NCBI RefSeq assembly: GCF_964204645.1
Contig: NC_134025.1
Location: 10,478,001 to 10,542,000 of the forward strand
Source: Tubulanus polymorphus
Taxonomy: Eukaryota > Animalia > Nemertea
Direction: 5' to 3'
Length of the DNA stretch: 64,000 bases
The notes under the pieces were generated by a model. That model was given only the letters and a program-made list of their open reading frames with translations. It had not been told where the DNA came from and did not search any database. Shown piece by piece: positions 35,344-47,810 of this stretch. A program made the position numbers and the translations under genes. The stretch's first letter is position 1; every line of letters begins with the position of its first letter.

Positions 35344-38219
35344 ATGTTTATAGACGTACATTGTCATATCACCGCTGAAGAATTTAACGAGGTAAGCGAT
35401 CAGTTATGGCTTTTATGTTTCTGAATATCGTGTTGAATTAAGATATGTGGGTGTGCTTGTGATGTCTATTTTAAGCCGTGAATAGTCTCAGTAGTTGTCC
35501 GAACCTAGGTGGCAGCACGTTACGGTGAAACTAATGTTTTTGGACAGTTCGCGGGTACATGTATCTATTTTTTGCAGGACCGTGACGCAGTTTTAACTAA
35601 AGCCAAAGAAGTAAGTACACTAAAGCAGGCCTATTCACTTAGCGCAGTATTGCATGATTTTTTTTTAACTTAATATGATTGAGTTTCATATAACCAATTT
35701 TCTGCTTTTTGTAGGACGCCGTTACTGCTATTCTGGCTGTATCTGAGAGTGTTGCAGATTTCAAAGAAATTTTAGATCTGTCTGCTAAGTATGTATGATT
35801 ATCATTCATGACAACCATCAAATCTCTTTCTTTGAAACTGCGCAAATTATTTAAGTATTTCCTAACTAATTTGCAGATATCCGGGTTTTATTTTCCCCTG
35901 TCTTGGACTGCATCCAGTGCAAGTAAGATAACCATTGATTAATGGCATTCTAAACTATGTTGAATTTTCACAGAAATGACGATTTCCTAAACTTTTCGGT
36001 TAATACATATGTTTGAAAATATCTTCTCAGAAAGATGGCGAAGAGAGCAGGAGTGTCACTGAAAAGGTACATAGGCCTACATTCTTAAAGAATTCATTAA
36101 TATTTGACAACATGCATCAGTTGCTCATAAGTTGGTTAGAGTTAACCACTGGATAGTTGGCATAGTCATAGTAAGAAGTTCGTTGTTACTATGGTATTTT
36201 ATCCACAGGTTATCCTTAACCAACCTTTTAGCAACTGGTGGTCCCTGTATGTGATCAGGATATGAGTCTCAATGATATATGAATTCAGGAACTGAATGAA
36301 GCCGTACCGATTATTGAACAGTACGCCGATTGTCTTTTTGCAATTGGTGAGGTAAGTGTGTATCGGCAGAAATTTTAATTTTCAATGAGATTTTAAAGTT
36401 CTTATTGTATGATATGTACATAAACTGCTTAATATCGCAAACAGGTCGGACTAGATTTTACTCCTCGATTTGTGAAGTCGAGCGATGATAAGGAAGTGCA
36501 GCGTACTGTCTTGCGGCGACAGGTAAAAATGGAGGTTTTCCAGAGAAATTTGTTAAATCCAACGAGAAGTTAGACACTAATGAAGTGATAATAATAAATG
36601 ATAATAATGACATTTATTTCATCATCAGTTAGAATACAAAATTACAAATAGAGTACCGTACATGGAACATGACACAATTGGTAGATTGATGATAGGGGCC
36701 TGAACAGAGCCGTAGAGGCTATCACTTGAAATCAGGCCCCTTGAAAAAAAGGTTAATGATAGTTGGTAATTGAAATAGATATAATAATAGTAGTAATGAT
36801 AATTAATAATGATAATAATTAATGATAATGATAATTAATAATAATGATCATAATTATAGTAATATTAATAATAACGATAATTACAATGACAATAATCATG
36901 ACAATAACAAGCAAGAATAATCTTACAACTAACTGAACTCAACTGAGGAAGAAGTAAAAATAGATACTATTGATATAAGAGAGAAATATGTTATGTCCTT
37001 TGTCTTTTTTTGTGTCTTTTAGATTGAACTAGCAAAGAAATATGATTTACCATTGTAAGTGAATATTTGGATTGAAAAAGACTTAACACAATCATTAAGT
37101 TTGTAGGTATCATTTGAAGGTAAAAATTATGTATTTATAGAAATGTCCACTCGAGATCTGCTGGCAAACCTACCATACAGCTATTGAAGGAAAACGGTAA
37201 GAAAAGCTTGTAACTCGGTCAATTTTCCCAGAGAATTGTGATATTTAATGAACCAATTTCATTATATTTTTTAGGTGTGACGAAAGCCGTATTGCACGCA
37301 TTTGATGGCCGTCCTGCTGCAGCTATGGAAGGAGTTCAGTGCGGATATTTCTTTTCAATACCACCCTCTATTGCTCGTAGTAATCAGGTAAAAAATAGTA
37401 TTTCTAATCATTTGTTTGAAAAAATACAATTGAGTAAGATGCTGAACACTTCAGACCGCAGCACTTGGTAATGAAACAAGATTGTATGCACATACTTTAT
37501 TTGAACATCCTCTGATTAAGAATATCAGTACGTTGTCTAAGAGATTCTGAATTAGAAATGAAATCCTGATATCAGTATACGAACCATAATATGTGGTATA
37601 TATATTGTTCATGTGTCTTTTTCTGTATTACGGATAATTCTATTTAATGCTACCAAGACATTTTTAGAACTTTTGTTACATAGATTTAGTAGTAAACTTT
37701 TGCGGAGGCTTGCAAAAAATGAAAGTTTTTTGCGACTTAGACTTATTGACGAATTTTTCATTCTTTGCAGAAAAGCAAGTTAGTTGAGCGAGTTCCGCTG
37801 GAAAATATGCTATTAGAAACTGATTCGCCAGCACTTGGGCCCGAAAAACAAGTGAGTGAAAATCTCAGAGTTTGATTTTTTAGCAACAGCAGCAGCGATT
37901 CATAAATTGACTCAGCAGGAGCCAGTTGATGGCCAAGCTGAAATTTATCAATTTTGACAACACTTGTACTGAAGCCACTATGCGCAGGGGTGCAGATGTG
38001 GATCAGTTGAATGTGGTACTGAAATAATTAAAGCTCGTTGTCTTTATCTGAATTTTGTCATTATTTTTCTAGGTGCGGAATACGCCAAGCAATATTCGAA
38101 TATCTTGTGAATACATCGCCTCAGTGAAGAAAGTTGATGTGGACACTGTAAAACGAATCACTACAGAGAACGCATTAAAATTATTTCCAAAATTACGAAA
38201 ATTTATCAAAGTTGTTTGA
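35344..38219 (+). CDS. TATDN3: TatD-family nuclease TATDN3 (12 short exons; in-frame upstream ATG at 35275 also possible)
   Basis: [77 protein letters not shown]. Confidence 0.96.
36781..36912. repeat. (AAT/GAT)n low-complexity microsatellite in TATDN3 intron
   Basis: ataataatagtagtaatgataattaataatgataataatt... Confidence 0.85.
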
Positions 38220-38632
38220 AAATGAATAAATTACATTTATCAAAAGAAATAGGAATTAGTTTTTTAATTATGTCGAAAGTTCACTTCGTATTTATCAACT
38301 GGCGTGTAAAACCTCATCAGATAATTTCTTTGCTGGTACTCCTTAAAAAGGAAGCTTGGACTTGGACCTGCTCAAGAATTGGGCTTAAATATATTTTTCC
38401 AATTATATCATGTGGACTGATTAGCCAACCCAATCGCTGAAAACTTGTCAATGTCATGATAAAACACCAAAATCAATTTGAATCGATAAATGCAATATTT
38501 CTCGTATTTCTGGCAATAAGTTTATGAATTAAACATTCATTGGAGAGGGTGAATGTCATAAAATACTGGAGAACTCCCAACAGTGCATTTGCAGCAATAT
38601 CTGGCAAGTGAGTATGTTAGATAGATAGATAG

Positions 38633-38776
38633 ATGGCGACAGTGTACGAGGCGGTTGTAAACAAGATGGCGCGGAACTGTGCACTGCATGTTGTAGGTGC
38701 TGAACGTTTCAATGTCGATTTTCGTTTGTAGTTAGCGAATAACGCATGCAATCTGATCGTTTATCGAGTTCTTCTG
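38633..38776 (+). promoter_or_regulatory. Probable promoter/first non-coding exon of the large downstream gene, with YY1-like motif and uORFs
   Basis: CpG-rich patch, caagatggcg at ~38671, strong donor ctg|gtaagt at 38776; upstream ATGs close before the ATG at 41576. Confidence 0.5.
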
Positions 38777-38888
38777 GTAAGTATTCGTTAGTTAGAAGTG
38801 TCAGCGTGTGTCATATAATAGCTGTGTAATGGCTTGCTTCCTGCTAAAAGAAAGTGTGGATTTTAGGTCAGCGGGAGTGGGAGAGAGA

Positions 38889-39734
38889 TAGTTAGTTACC
38901 TAATCGTTGGTGGTAAGCTTTTATAATCGGATGGGCTTATACCAACGTTAGGGATGACAAGGGCCAAAACACGGTTGAAAAAAGTAACACTTCAAAAATA
39001 TACTTTCTATCCACTTCAGTCCACAATTAATGGCTTATTTCACAAACTTACACAGGTACCTTTCGAAATAATCCAATTTTATGCATGTTTCGAGTGATTA
39101 ATCAACATTATTTTGAGAAATTAATTAATTTCTCCACAAATTTCGCCATTGGCCGCCATTTCTCTGTATTGCACATGTGGCATGATAAGACAAGGGGACC
39201 TACAAGGATTTATATAAAACTTCCAAGACGAAACGACAATTTTTATTTTTGATGGTTTTCCAACCTATATTTCAAATCTTCGTGTTTTCCTTAATTAATA
39301 TTTAAATAATAAATTCTGGTAAAAGAAAAATGTGAATAAGTGTTGATTTCTTAATATTTTTCAATTTCGTCGTTTCGCTTTGTTAGTTTGTGCTGTTGTC
39401 CTGGCCTCAGTCCACAGGTGCCAGCACCTCCAGTAATTTTCAAAATGGCAGCTGTTGACTCTACGGAAATTTACTCTCACTTTACGGCCGATTTGCACAT
39501 GGATTAAGATCGTCAGGTGAGGTGTTATAGGTATCAGACAAACTACGAATCTGTTGTGCGTCGATTACAACAAAAATTAGACGGATATCTTAAGAGACAA
39601 TGAAATGCCAGGCAAATTACTCGTCAGTCAAATTGGCTGACGAAGATTTCATACAAAAATGACCTTCCCATTCCTGACTGTGGTTTGTGAAAATATCCGA
39701 TTATGAAACTAAACCACAGACAGGTTACTGACTA
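38889..39734. mobile_element. 846-bp longer member of the 33076-33189 family (inverted), 9-bp TSD
   Basis: ggagagaga|tagttagttacct ... aggttactgacta|ggagagaga; both ~57-bp ends are the reverse complement of the 114-bp element. Confidence 0.85.
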
Positions 39735-40046
39735 GGAGAGAGAGAGAACAGGATCGGCAATTTTCTGATGAAGATGATTTCATCATCTGTTGCAATGCAG
39801 CAGCAAGAGAAGCTGGTCTTGTCCCCTTATTGTAATTGAATTTAATTCCTGAAATGTTAGCTGTAAACTTCATGGTAATGCTAAATTAGCTTTATTACTA
39901 GAATTCACAGAATTTATGGTATTGGTAATGGTAGCAGTTCTTAGACTTAGATTTGAGATATTTGATATTTTGCTGATGCAGCATTATTTTAGTAAACACA
40001 ATTTTTCCGACATCTATATATAATAAGGTATACTTATATAAATGAA

Positions 40047-40476
40047 GGCTGTGGTTATTTAGCCGGATCCAGTCACCGACTTCTGAAGGATATTTTGCCG
40101 GATATCATCTCTAATTGGGTGATTTACTCTGCGCAAGCGCAGAGGTGCGCGACCTAGAAAATTCGAAGGAAGTGGGGAGACCAGAGTTTGAGAAACAGAG
40201 TGGATAGAGCGAGACTCGAACCCGGGTCAGCAAATTATTAGCGCAGAGTCTCCCCACTAGACCACCGAGCTCGCTGAACACCACCCGAATGTTTAAACTA
40301 CATAAAGCCTCCCCTAACCCTATCCCTAGTTGTGAAACGGAACCCTCGGGACCCTCTTCTCACCCTCTCCACCCTAACCCTAAACCCAATAAAATGATTT
40401 TATTGTTATATAATATATGGATCTGGCAAAATATCTTTTAAAAGTCCGTAACCGGATCCAGCTAAATGACTCTTCC
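40047..40476. mobile_element. MULE-like MITE (9-bp TSD, ~55-bp TIR) carrying a tRNA-derived segment and CCCTAA repeats
   Basis: ataaatgaa|ggctgtggttatttagccggatcc...gatattttgccggat ... atctggcaaaatatc...ggatccagctaaatgactcttcc|ataaatgaa. Confidence 0.8.
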
Positions 40477-41575
40477 ATAAATGAATGATGATGAGATAAT
40501 TTAATAAGGTCTAGGGTTAGGATTAGGTACAGGGTCTCTCATGCAGCTATCGTTGTCCAGTGTAAGGGTTAGGTTGAGTGCTGTTTGTAGTTAAAAAATT
40601 CGGAAGGATTCCGGGGATGAGAATTTCCTGCTTTTTGGCGGTTTCCCGCTTTTTTGTGATGAGAAACTTAAAACAACAAGCTTTCCAAATTGTCCAGATC
40701 CGTTGAGAAATTGATTGGGGGGGTGGAAGGTTTGCTGTGACTGGCATTATGTTTCGGCTCACAAGAGTATTTTAGCATGCGACGTTACTTCGCCCAATGA
40801 TTTTCGTTATGTGCTGTCATCTGGTATTGCCAATATAAACTACTGTGAAAAAATAACCAATTTGTGCTGCCATTTAGAATTGAAACAGGGCTGTTGAGGA
40901 AATCATGTTGGGAACCCCCACTTTGAGCTTAGTGCCTATGTTGCAGTTTAGCTGCAATTTCAGTAATTAACAGAAATTTTCATCAAAAGTCCTGCTTTTT
41001 TCATAATCCCTGGTTCTCATCCCTGGATCCATTGTGGCTCAAGGGCCTAGTGTTAGGCCTAAGAGGCGCCACTAGAAATATGGTTTGAATCCTGCTCTGT
41101 CTGCTCTATTTTCTCTAACCCTGTTCTCCACACTCTCCTCGACTTCATCAGTGAGCATGCAGTAAATGAGCAAATCAGAACAAGTTGTCGGTAGAATACC
41201 ATTAACAGGAGTAAATTTAAATCGGTATTCTTAGAATCAATTGAATTAGAAGGAGAGTCTGCAGTTTAGGTTCCTTCAGTTTGTGATTGGTGCCACAATG
41301 TGTTATGATATGGTTAGGCTAAAAGAAGCCTAGATATGAACACAGCAGTTGTTCCCTGATAAATGTAAGTGAGGGTTAGCCGGATATGGTCTATGATAGG
41401 TGACTAATTCTCATCACGCATGCGCATTGGGAAAATTTGGGGAAGAATGAAGGATTTAGAGAAAATTACTGCCAGTTCCCTCTTCCCGTCCTCCTGACGC
41501 TATTCTCACCCTAATCCTTATTATTGTAATTTATCCGGCTAAATCTTAAATGTGATAATATTTACAGGCTGAGAA

Positions 41576-44500
41576 ATGCAAGATAGTTTGATTTCTGAAA
41601 GTTCTACAGCAACAAGACTGGATAATACAAGTAAGCTATGTAGTAGGGCCTATTTTATATCAACCAAAATTAGATTATCGTAAATTAAAAATACCATAAC
41701 ATTCGTAAGTTGGTGTCCGCTAGTTTTAAGTTTAACTTAAATTGAGTCCAGCTTAAGTTCATGTCAGAATTGGTCTCTGAATCCGAACTAAGCTATTCTT
41801 TGTCAATATTTATAAATACATTTATTCTTTGGTTTGTTTTAGGCTCATCAAACTTTGCAGATGAAAATCTATGCCCTACTTCGAACCACGGTTTATGCGA
41901 AAAATCTTGTGATGCCTCGCCTAGTAGTAGCCGCATCTTGAAGCTGATTTGCTTGCCGCAAAATCCAAACATGGACCCGAATAAGGACCGATTGTCTTTG
42001 TTCGAGATTCTGAGTAAAAATCCAGTATCAGATAACCCCGCCATCGGCGCACTCGAGAATGAAGACAAGTGCTCGCCGAAAAAGAATAGTTTTGCCGGCG
42101 GAATTGACTTCAGCAATTTGAAGAAGCTCGGATCGGGAAAGCTGGTTCAGAACTTCATAAGAAATGACGGTTCGAAAAGCGCGGATGGCTCAAAAATCAG
42201 CCCGCCCAAGCAATCGCCGTCGAAAAGTCCGAACTTCAAAGCGTTGAAAAACATGTTTAAGAAGGTGAATTTCAACGATCTTAAAAAGAGTAGTAATCCG
42301 AGTTCGAGTTCTACCGGTATAACTGATGCTAGCAAACAAACTAAACACGTTCCGATCCTCCCGAAACCGGCATCGTCGTCGAAAAATGCGTTTTCCGTCG
42401 CGGAGAAAAATGACATCGCGAGACCCTCGCCTGTAAGCTCACCTTCGCAAAGTAAACAAGTACTCAACACGAGAAAATCTATTTTCGAACCGAAAAGTGA
42501 CGGTAAGAACGTCGTTATAGTCAGCTATGCATCGGCTAATTCTTCGTATTTCATCCCGTCGGTGAACAGCGACGCGAATTTGAATCACTCCCGATATTCG
42601 GACCGACCGACGAAAAATCACGCGACTAAGCCCACGATGACAAAGCGCGACGATAATCACAAATATCCCGCTCCGCGAACAATTCTTCCGAAGTCGCATC
42701 ACGAAAGCCTAAAATCGGCGATGGTCGAGCGTGAGACTTCGTACGCCAAAAAAGTTAAGTCCGTTTCGAAGACGGATTCGGAAATAAGTCGTCGATTGAG
42801 TTCAACTGCGCCGCCCATGGCGACTATACGCCACTCGCCTTACGCGAAAAAAGTCATGACAATATCTAGTGCAAATTCGGATAGTAATAGTGCACTAGAT
42901 CTATTTACAATACCTACAGCGACTGTGAAAGAGGCTTTGAAAAAAGGCAAGGCATTATCTAGTGCAAATTCGGATAGTAGTAGCGCACTAGATCTATTTA
43001 CAATACCTACAACAACTGTAAGCCAGGCTTTAAAAAAAGGCAAGGCATTATCTAGTGCAAATTGCGATAAAGATAGTATTTCAAGTTTGTCCAAAGTACC
43101 CGGTGCAACTGTAGCAGGTCGTGCTTCGATTACGAAAATAGGCAAGTCAATATCTAGCTCAAATCCGGACTGTGGCAATAGTTTTTCTATACCGCACTTA
43201 GCGGCTTCAGACCAGACGTCACGTGTGAATAAAGTCAAGACAATAACCAGCGCGCACTCGGGCAGAGAAAGCCATTCGAGTTTATCGCGCCAAGTGGAGA
43301 CCGTGGGTAATAAAAGTCGGTTGCCATCGTCGATAAACAATGATAGAAAATTGGATGTAAAATCTACGAAAGAAGCGGTAAAGGACCGAACGATCGTAGC
43401 TAAGCCCAATGCGATGGACATTAGCAAAATGGTGATATCCGATTCTGCGGGCGTTTGTGCTGATGATCAAAGTGTGCGCAAATCCTCGCGAAAACGCAAA
43501 TTAAATTCTAGTTATACGCGTGGTGACTTCATGCTGGCTAAAGATGGGTTGCGTAATTTGTTCAATGTTTTTGGTGTCGATTCCGATGATAAACCGAGTA
43601 TCGCTGCGCCTGTCTTGCCAGAAAACTGCTTTAAGAAACCGAAATCCCTTAAGAAACATTTGCCTACCCAAAACAGTAGCGATAAATACAAGATTAAATC
43701 GTCGGTCAAATCAGTCGACGACAAGAAAAAATCGAGCGCCAGCGAAAAGGATTCTGTAAGAAAACAGTCGAAATTCATTAAAGTAATTCCCGCGACTAAA
43801 CATACAGCCAAAGTAGGTAGGCCTAGGAAATTCCAGCTAAAAAGCGCTACCGTACCGAATCATAAAAGTAAACCGAAAGTTCTTCAACACCATAAACTTA
43901 AAAGCGATCAAAAACATGCGAAAAAGCCAGAAATGGAAGGGAAGTTGCAAACGAACGCAAATTTGTCGAAGGAAGCGAAAGTCGAACGAAGTACTGCCGG
44001 AATAGATAAGGAACAACTACCCGTTCCGAAACAAGAAAAGTCATCATCGGCTGTCATTCAACAAGACGCAAAACTTCTTCGATCGAATTTGTTGGCAACC
44101 GCGGTGAAGTCGCCGGTGAAAGACCGCAGTAAACTGCTAGCCGATATACAACGAAAGAAGCTCGTTGAGAAGTCGAAAATGATATCGAATCAGCAGTTGA
44201 CGAAACTGCAGAAGGGTAATTTGCGGCCGCGTATGGTTCGTCAGGACGTGCGCATAGTCGCGGCATCGACGTTGAAATTGTCGAAGAAGGCGCGACGATT
44301 TCGCGGTCGGAAAAAGCGCCAACGCCGCAACAGCGATACGAGTTGGGATAGTAGCAGTGATGACAGCGATGGCAGTAGCAGCAACGAGTCGGATAGCGAC
44401 AGCGCGGCAAGTCGAAGCGACGACGAGGACGTGGAAACCGAGCGCGATAACGGTGTTAGCAGCGCTTTTAAAGCGAAAACGAACCGCATCGGGGACGATA

Positions 44501-46757
44501 TCTATAAAATGATCGTGGACGATGGCTCGAAATCCGCCTCGGAAGAAACCGATTCGGAGTCGGCCGTCGAAGTAGATATCGATACGACGAATACGGACGA
44601 TATTTTAAATCCCTTGCGCGTGCCGTTTAAACCGGATGTTTTAGCCGACGCGTTGAATCCGGCTTGCCGGGATCGTTTCGTATTGATCAACGACAACAGC
44701 ACGAACTGGAACGACGTCGCCGCCGAAATGCCGTCCGCCGTCCCCGGAATCGATGAACGCGCGAAGATCGACCAGCCGTCGATCCGTCTGCTCCGATCGG
44801 CGTACGACCGTCGTCGTCCGAAGCTGTTCATCGATAATTTCAACCCGCAGGAGTTGGCCCCGTCGTCGACGTGTACGTGTTACGTCAGTTTTACGGAAAC
44901 GGACGACGGCGCAATCGTCTGCCACGTCGACAACAGTGACGTCGACGGTTGTAACAATAAAGTTAAGAGTAAAACGCGGACGAAAAAGGCGACGGCAGTC
45001 GACAACGAACTGAACCAACTGGATCCTTCCGATCATTTTATCGCCATTCCGATCGTCGACGAATCTGACCTCAGGAATAACACGGATTTTTTTTCGTTGA
45101 ATTTCGATTTCGAAACGAGTTCGTCGTTCGCTTCGCAATTCGATTGCGACGATGCGGAAAATGTTTCCGATCACGGCGTAGCGGCCACGATCGACGACGA
45201 ATCGATTGCATGCGATATTTGTTCACGCGGCGCGAATCAAACTGGCAGACTATGCGAATGCATAAATTCGGCTAAAAAAAAACGCGAAATTTTTTCCGAA
45301 CAGACCGTTAAGGACGAATTCCAAAACGACGCAGCGGAAACATCAAATAACGAGCTGTCTCGGATTCAAACGCGCCCGAAACGGATGAAATCTTGTCGAA
45401 TGAGCTCTGATTATTATTACTACGACGGCGCGTCGTTCGGTTCCCAGAGCTCAGTCTCGTCCGCCGGGTCTTGCGCCACCGATCAAAGTATTATTACGAA
45501 ATCCGAAAAATCTCAGGAAACATCTTTGAAAGCGTTCTCGACGAAGATCGATTATGATAATGATAACGTATTAGTCGCGACGCGCGATTATAATTCGGAA
45601 AGTGTAAATAATTGTTCGCAAAGTTCGTCGTTGACGGATCTGTCCACGTTCGTGAGCAAATTCGTACCGCACAAAGTATATTCGAACGACGACGATGAGT
45701 TGTCGGGTAGTAGCATTCTGTCGAATTCTAGCGACAATGCCAATTCGATCTCGGCTGTGAATGATGAAGAACCGGTCGTGTTGTACGAGCGTATCCGACG
45801 TCGAAACGACGACTTATCGATCGTCGTCTGTCGGGAACGGTCCGGCGCGTGGCACCCGACGCCGATACAGTTCGCCAGCGGTCTGCCGCCTTTCATCGAC
45901 CACACTTACTGCTACCCGCCACCAGCTGCCGCGCTGTCAAGAACTGCCGGTTGTAAACTATCGAGGCGCGGCAAATTCACGTCTGACAATCATAAGAAAT
46001 GTTCATCCGCTGCTGTTGCTGCCACTGCTGCAGGAGGAAAAATGTCACCTGTAAGTATTTAGCTTTTTTAAGCAGGTTGTCTATCTGCGTAAATACCATA
46101 AGAGCAGAATGTGCACTGCTGACTGTATTGCCAGCTTTGGCTTGCACACCTTTGATCATGATTTGAAATGTAATGTATTTTCGTGTTTGGCAAGCATGTT
46201 GTCTTTTTGAATGTGGAATTCCAGTGTTTTGAGTAGAGATCTTTTTCAGCTTTGGACATGGGGAATGTTATTGTTAGAAGCATAGATTTGAGCTATGTTT
46301 GTCCCAAGTTTCCGGATTCAGTTCCTCGGTTTGCTAATGATTCGATTAAAATCTTAAACATCTTGAAATGCAATTGATTGAATGGTCCAATTTAACGGAA
46401 AACCGCGGATCTGTCTGGATAGTGTTTTCTTTCTATTATTATCGAAAGCCTAGTTTTCCGACTAAGGCTGGTAAGGTTAGATGGTGGTGAAGAAATGGCA
46501 AATACCAACAGATGAGAATCCTCGGGGAAAATGATGAAACCTAGTTTTATTTTTCAGATCGTGACGTTGTATAATATTCAATCTTTTCTGACGGTCAGCC
46601 GTCACCTGAAACGGTTCGCCAGCAGGGGTGGTTCCACCATCTATCTACCAAACTGTCTTAAATCGAAGCAGGTATTGTACATTTGTTAAATACATGTCGC
46701 ATGTTTTTATTTCAGAACTCTGGAACATGCCCTCCTGACAGCAGCTTCCGTTGCTGA
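41576..46757 (+). CDS. Large (~1470 aa) Ser/Lys/Asp-rich, probably disordered nuclear protein (exons 41576-41630, 41843-46050, 46558-46671, 46716-46757 stop; more spliced exons follow)
   Basis: 4.2-kb uninterrupted ORF bounded by ttttag| and |gtaagt; upstream ATG exon in matching phase 1; AT-hook-like KVGRPRK, NLS-like RRFRGRKKRQRR, DHTY motif; no recognised folded domain. Confidence 0.75.
42865..43075 (+). repeat. In-frame coding tandem repeat, 93-bp (31-aa) unit, ~2.3 copies
   Basis: tctagtgcaaatt at 42865, 42958, 43051; SSANSDSxSALDLFTIPTxTVxxALKKGKAL. Confidence 0.92.
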
Positions 46758-47502
46758 CTTACACCACGTTCTGTCCATTCAGAATCTGACTGGATTTCTA
46801 CGTACATCGAAAGTAAAGACATAATTTACTGGGTTTTTTCTTATATCACGCGTATCGAAATTTCTAGCATTTTGCTGCATGACTTCGTATGTCTTTTGAC
46901 ATTTGTTGTATTTTTCGAATTTCAGGTCCATTTATTGGCAGACTTATGTGGGTTCTTGATCCTGAATGGACCTGAATACATCAAGATATCAAAAACGAAG
47001 TAAGTGTGTTTTCCGGTTTCTAAAATCTGACACCGTTTGTAGATTGGTACCAATATTTCTGCAGAAGGATGGACATATAAAACTACAAATACAGTTTAAC
47101 CCTTTTCATTGCTGACTGATTGATACTTGAAAGTGCTGGAGATAATTTGGAGATTTTTGAAAATTCCACCCCAATGATAACGGGTATACAATGTACCGGT
47201 ACACCGCAGTGAAGTGTACCAAGAGTTAATAATATTTCACTATGTTAGACAAGCGCCACCGTCTTTCAGAGATAGTAACTTATTACTAATAACACTGCAA
47301 TGCAGTGTACGACTGAAGTCCATCACGGATATATTAGACACTGTGATGTAGACGCACTGAAAAGCTTAATCCAGATATGTTTGATTTGTGGTCCAGTTAT
47401 ATTCAACATTGATGTTAATCCAGATTTTTCATGATCATGGATTTATTGGCATGAAAAAATTCTGACCAAAAGCGATTAATCATGAAGTCGATATTTGGCT
47501 AA

Positions 47503-47810
47503 GGCCAAAAAAATATGTTCTGTTTCTGGTTAGGGCCTTCTGCACAAAATGATGCGGTTTAAAAAAAAAATGTTTAATGTTCCTACATTTCACGAGGCGT
47601 CATCCTTCCCTTTCACAATTGATATTGATATCAACATGCTTTTGTGTACCGGTTTTCATTCACAGTCAGACAATTAAACTTCCGCGTTTGTCGACGTTTG
47701 GTGACTAGATGGCGCTAGCGCATGGTGCGCGAATTTGAGAGCCAAAAATTCAACATAGGGGTTCTAGATCGACGCATGCACTGACCAGACACAGAATATA
47801 TTTTTTTGCC
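47503..47810. mobile_element. PIF/Harbinger-like MITE with TAA TSD
   Basis: taa|ggccaaaaaaatatgttctgtttctggtt ... accagacacagaatatatttttttgcc|taa. Confidence 0.75.

Noticed and set aside
40201-40270. Functional tRNA gene
   Set aside because: A and B boxes present but acceptor and anticodon stems do not pair; treated as tRNA-derived repeat (same for ~41033-41095 and ~31030-31345)
41793-46054. Many 60-195 aa ORFs antisense or out of frame to the large exon
   Set aside because: Expected shadows of a long, GC-richer coding exon; no independent splice or motif support
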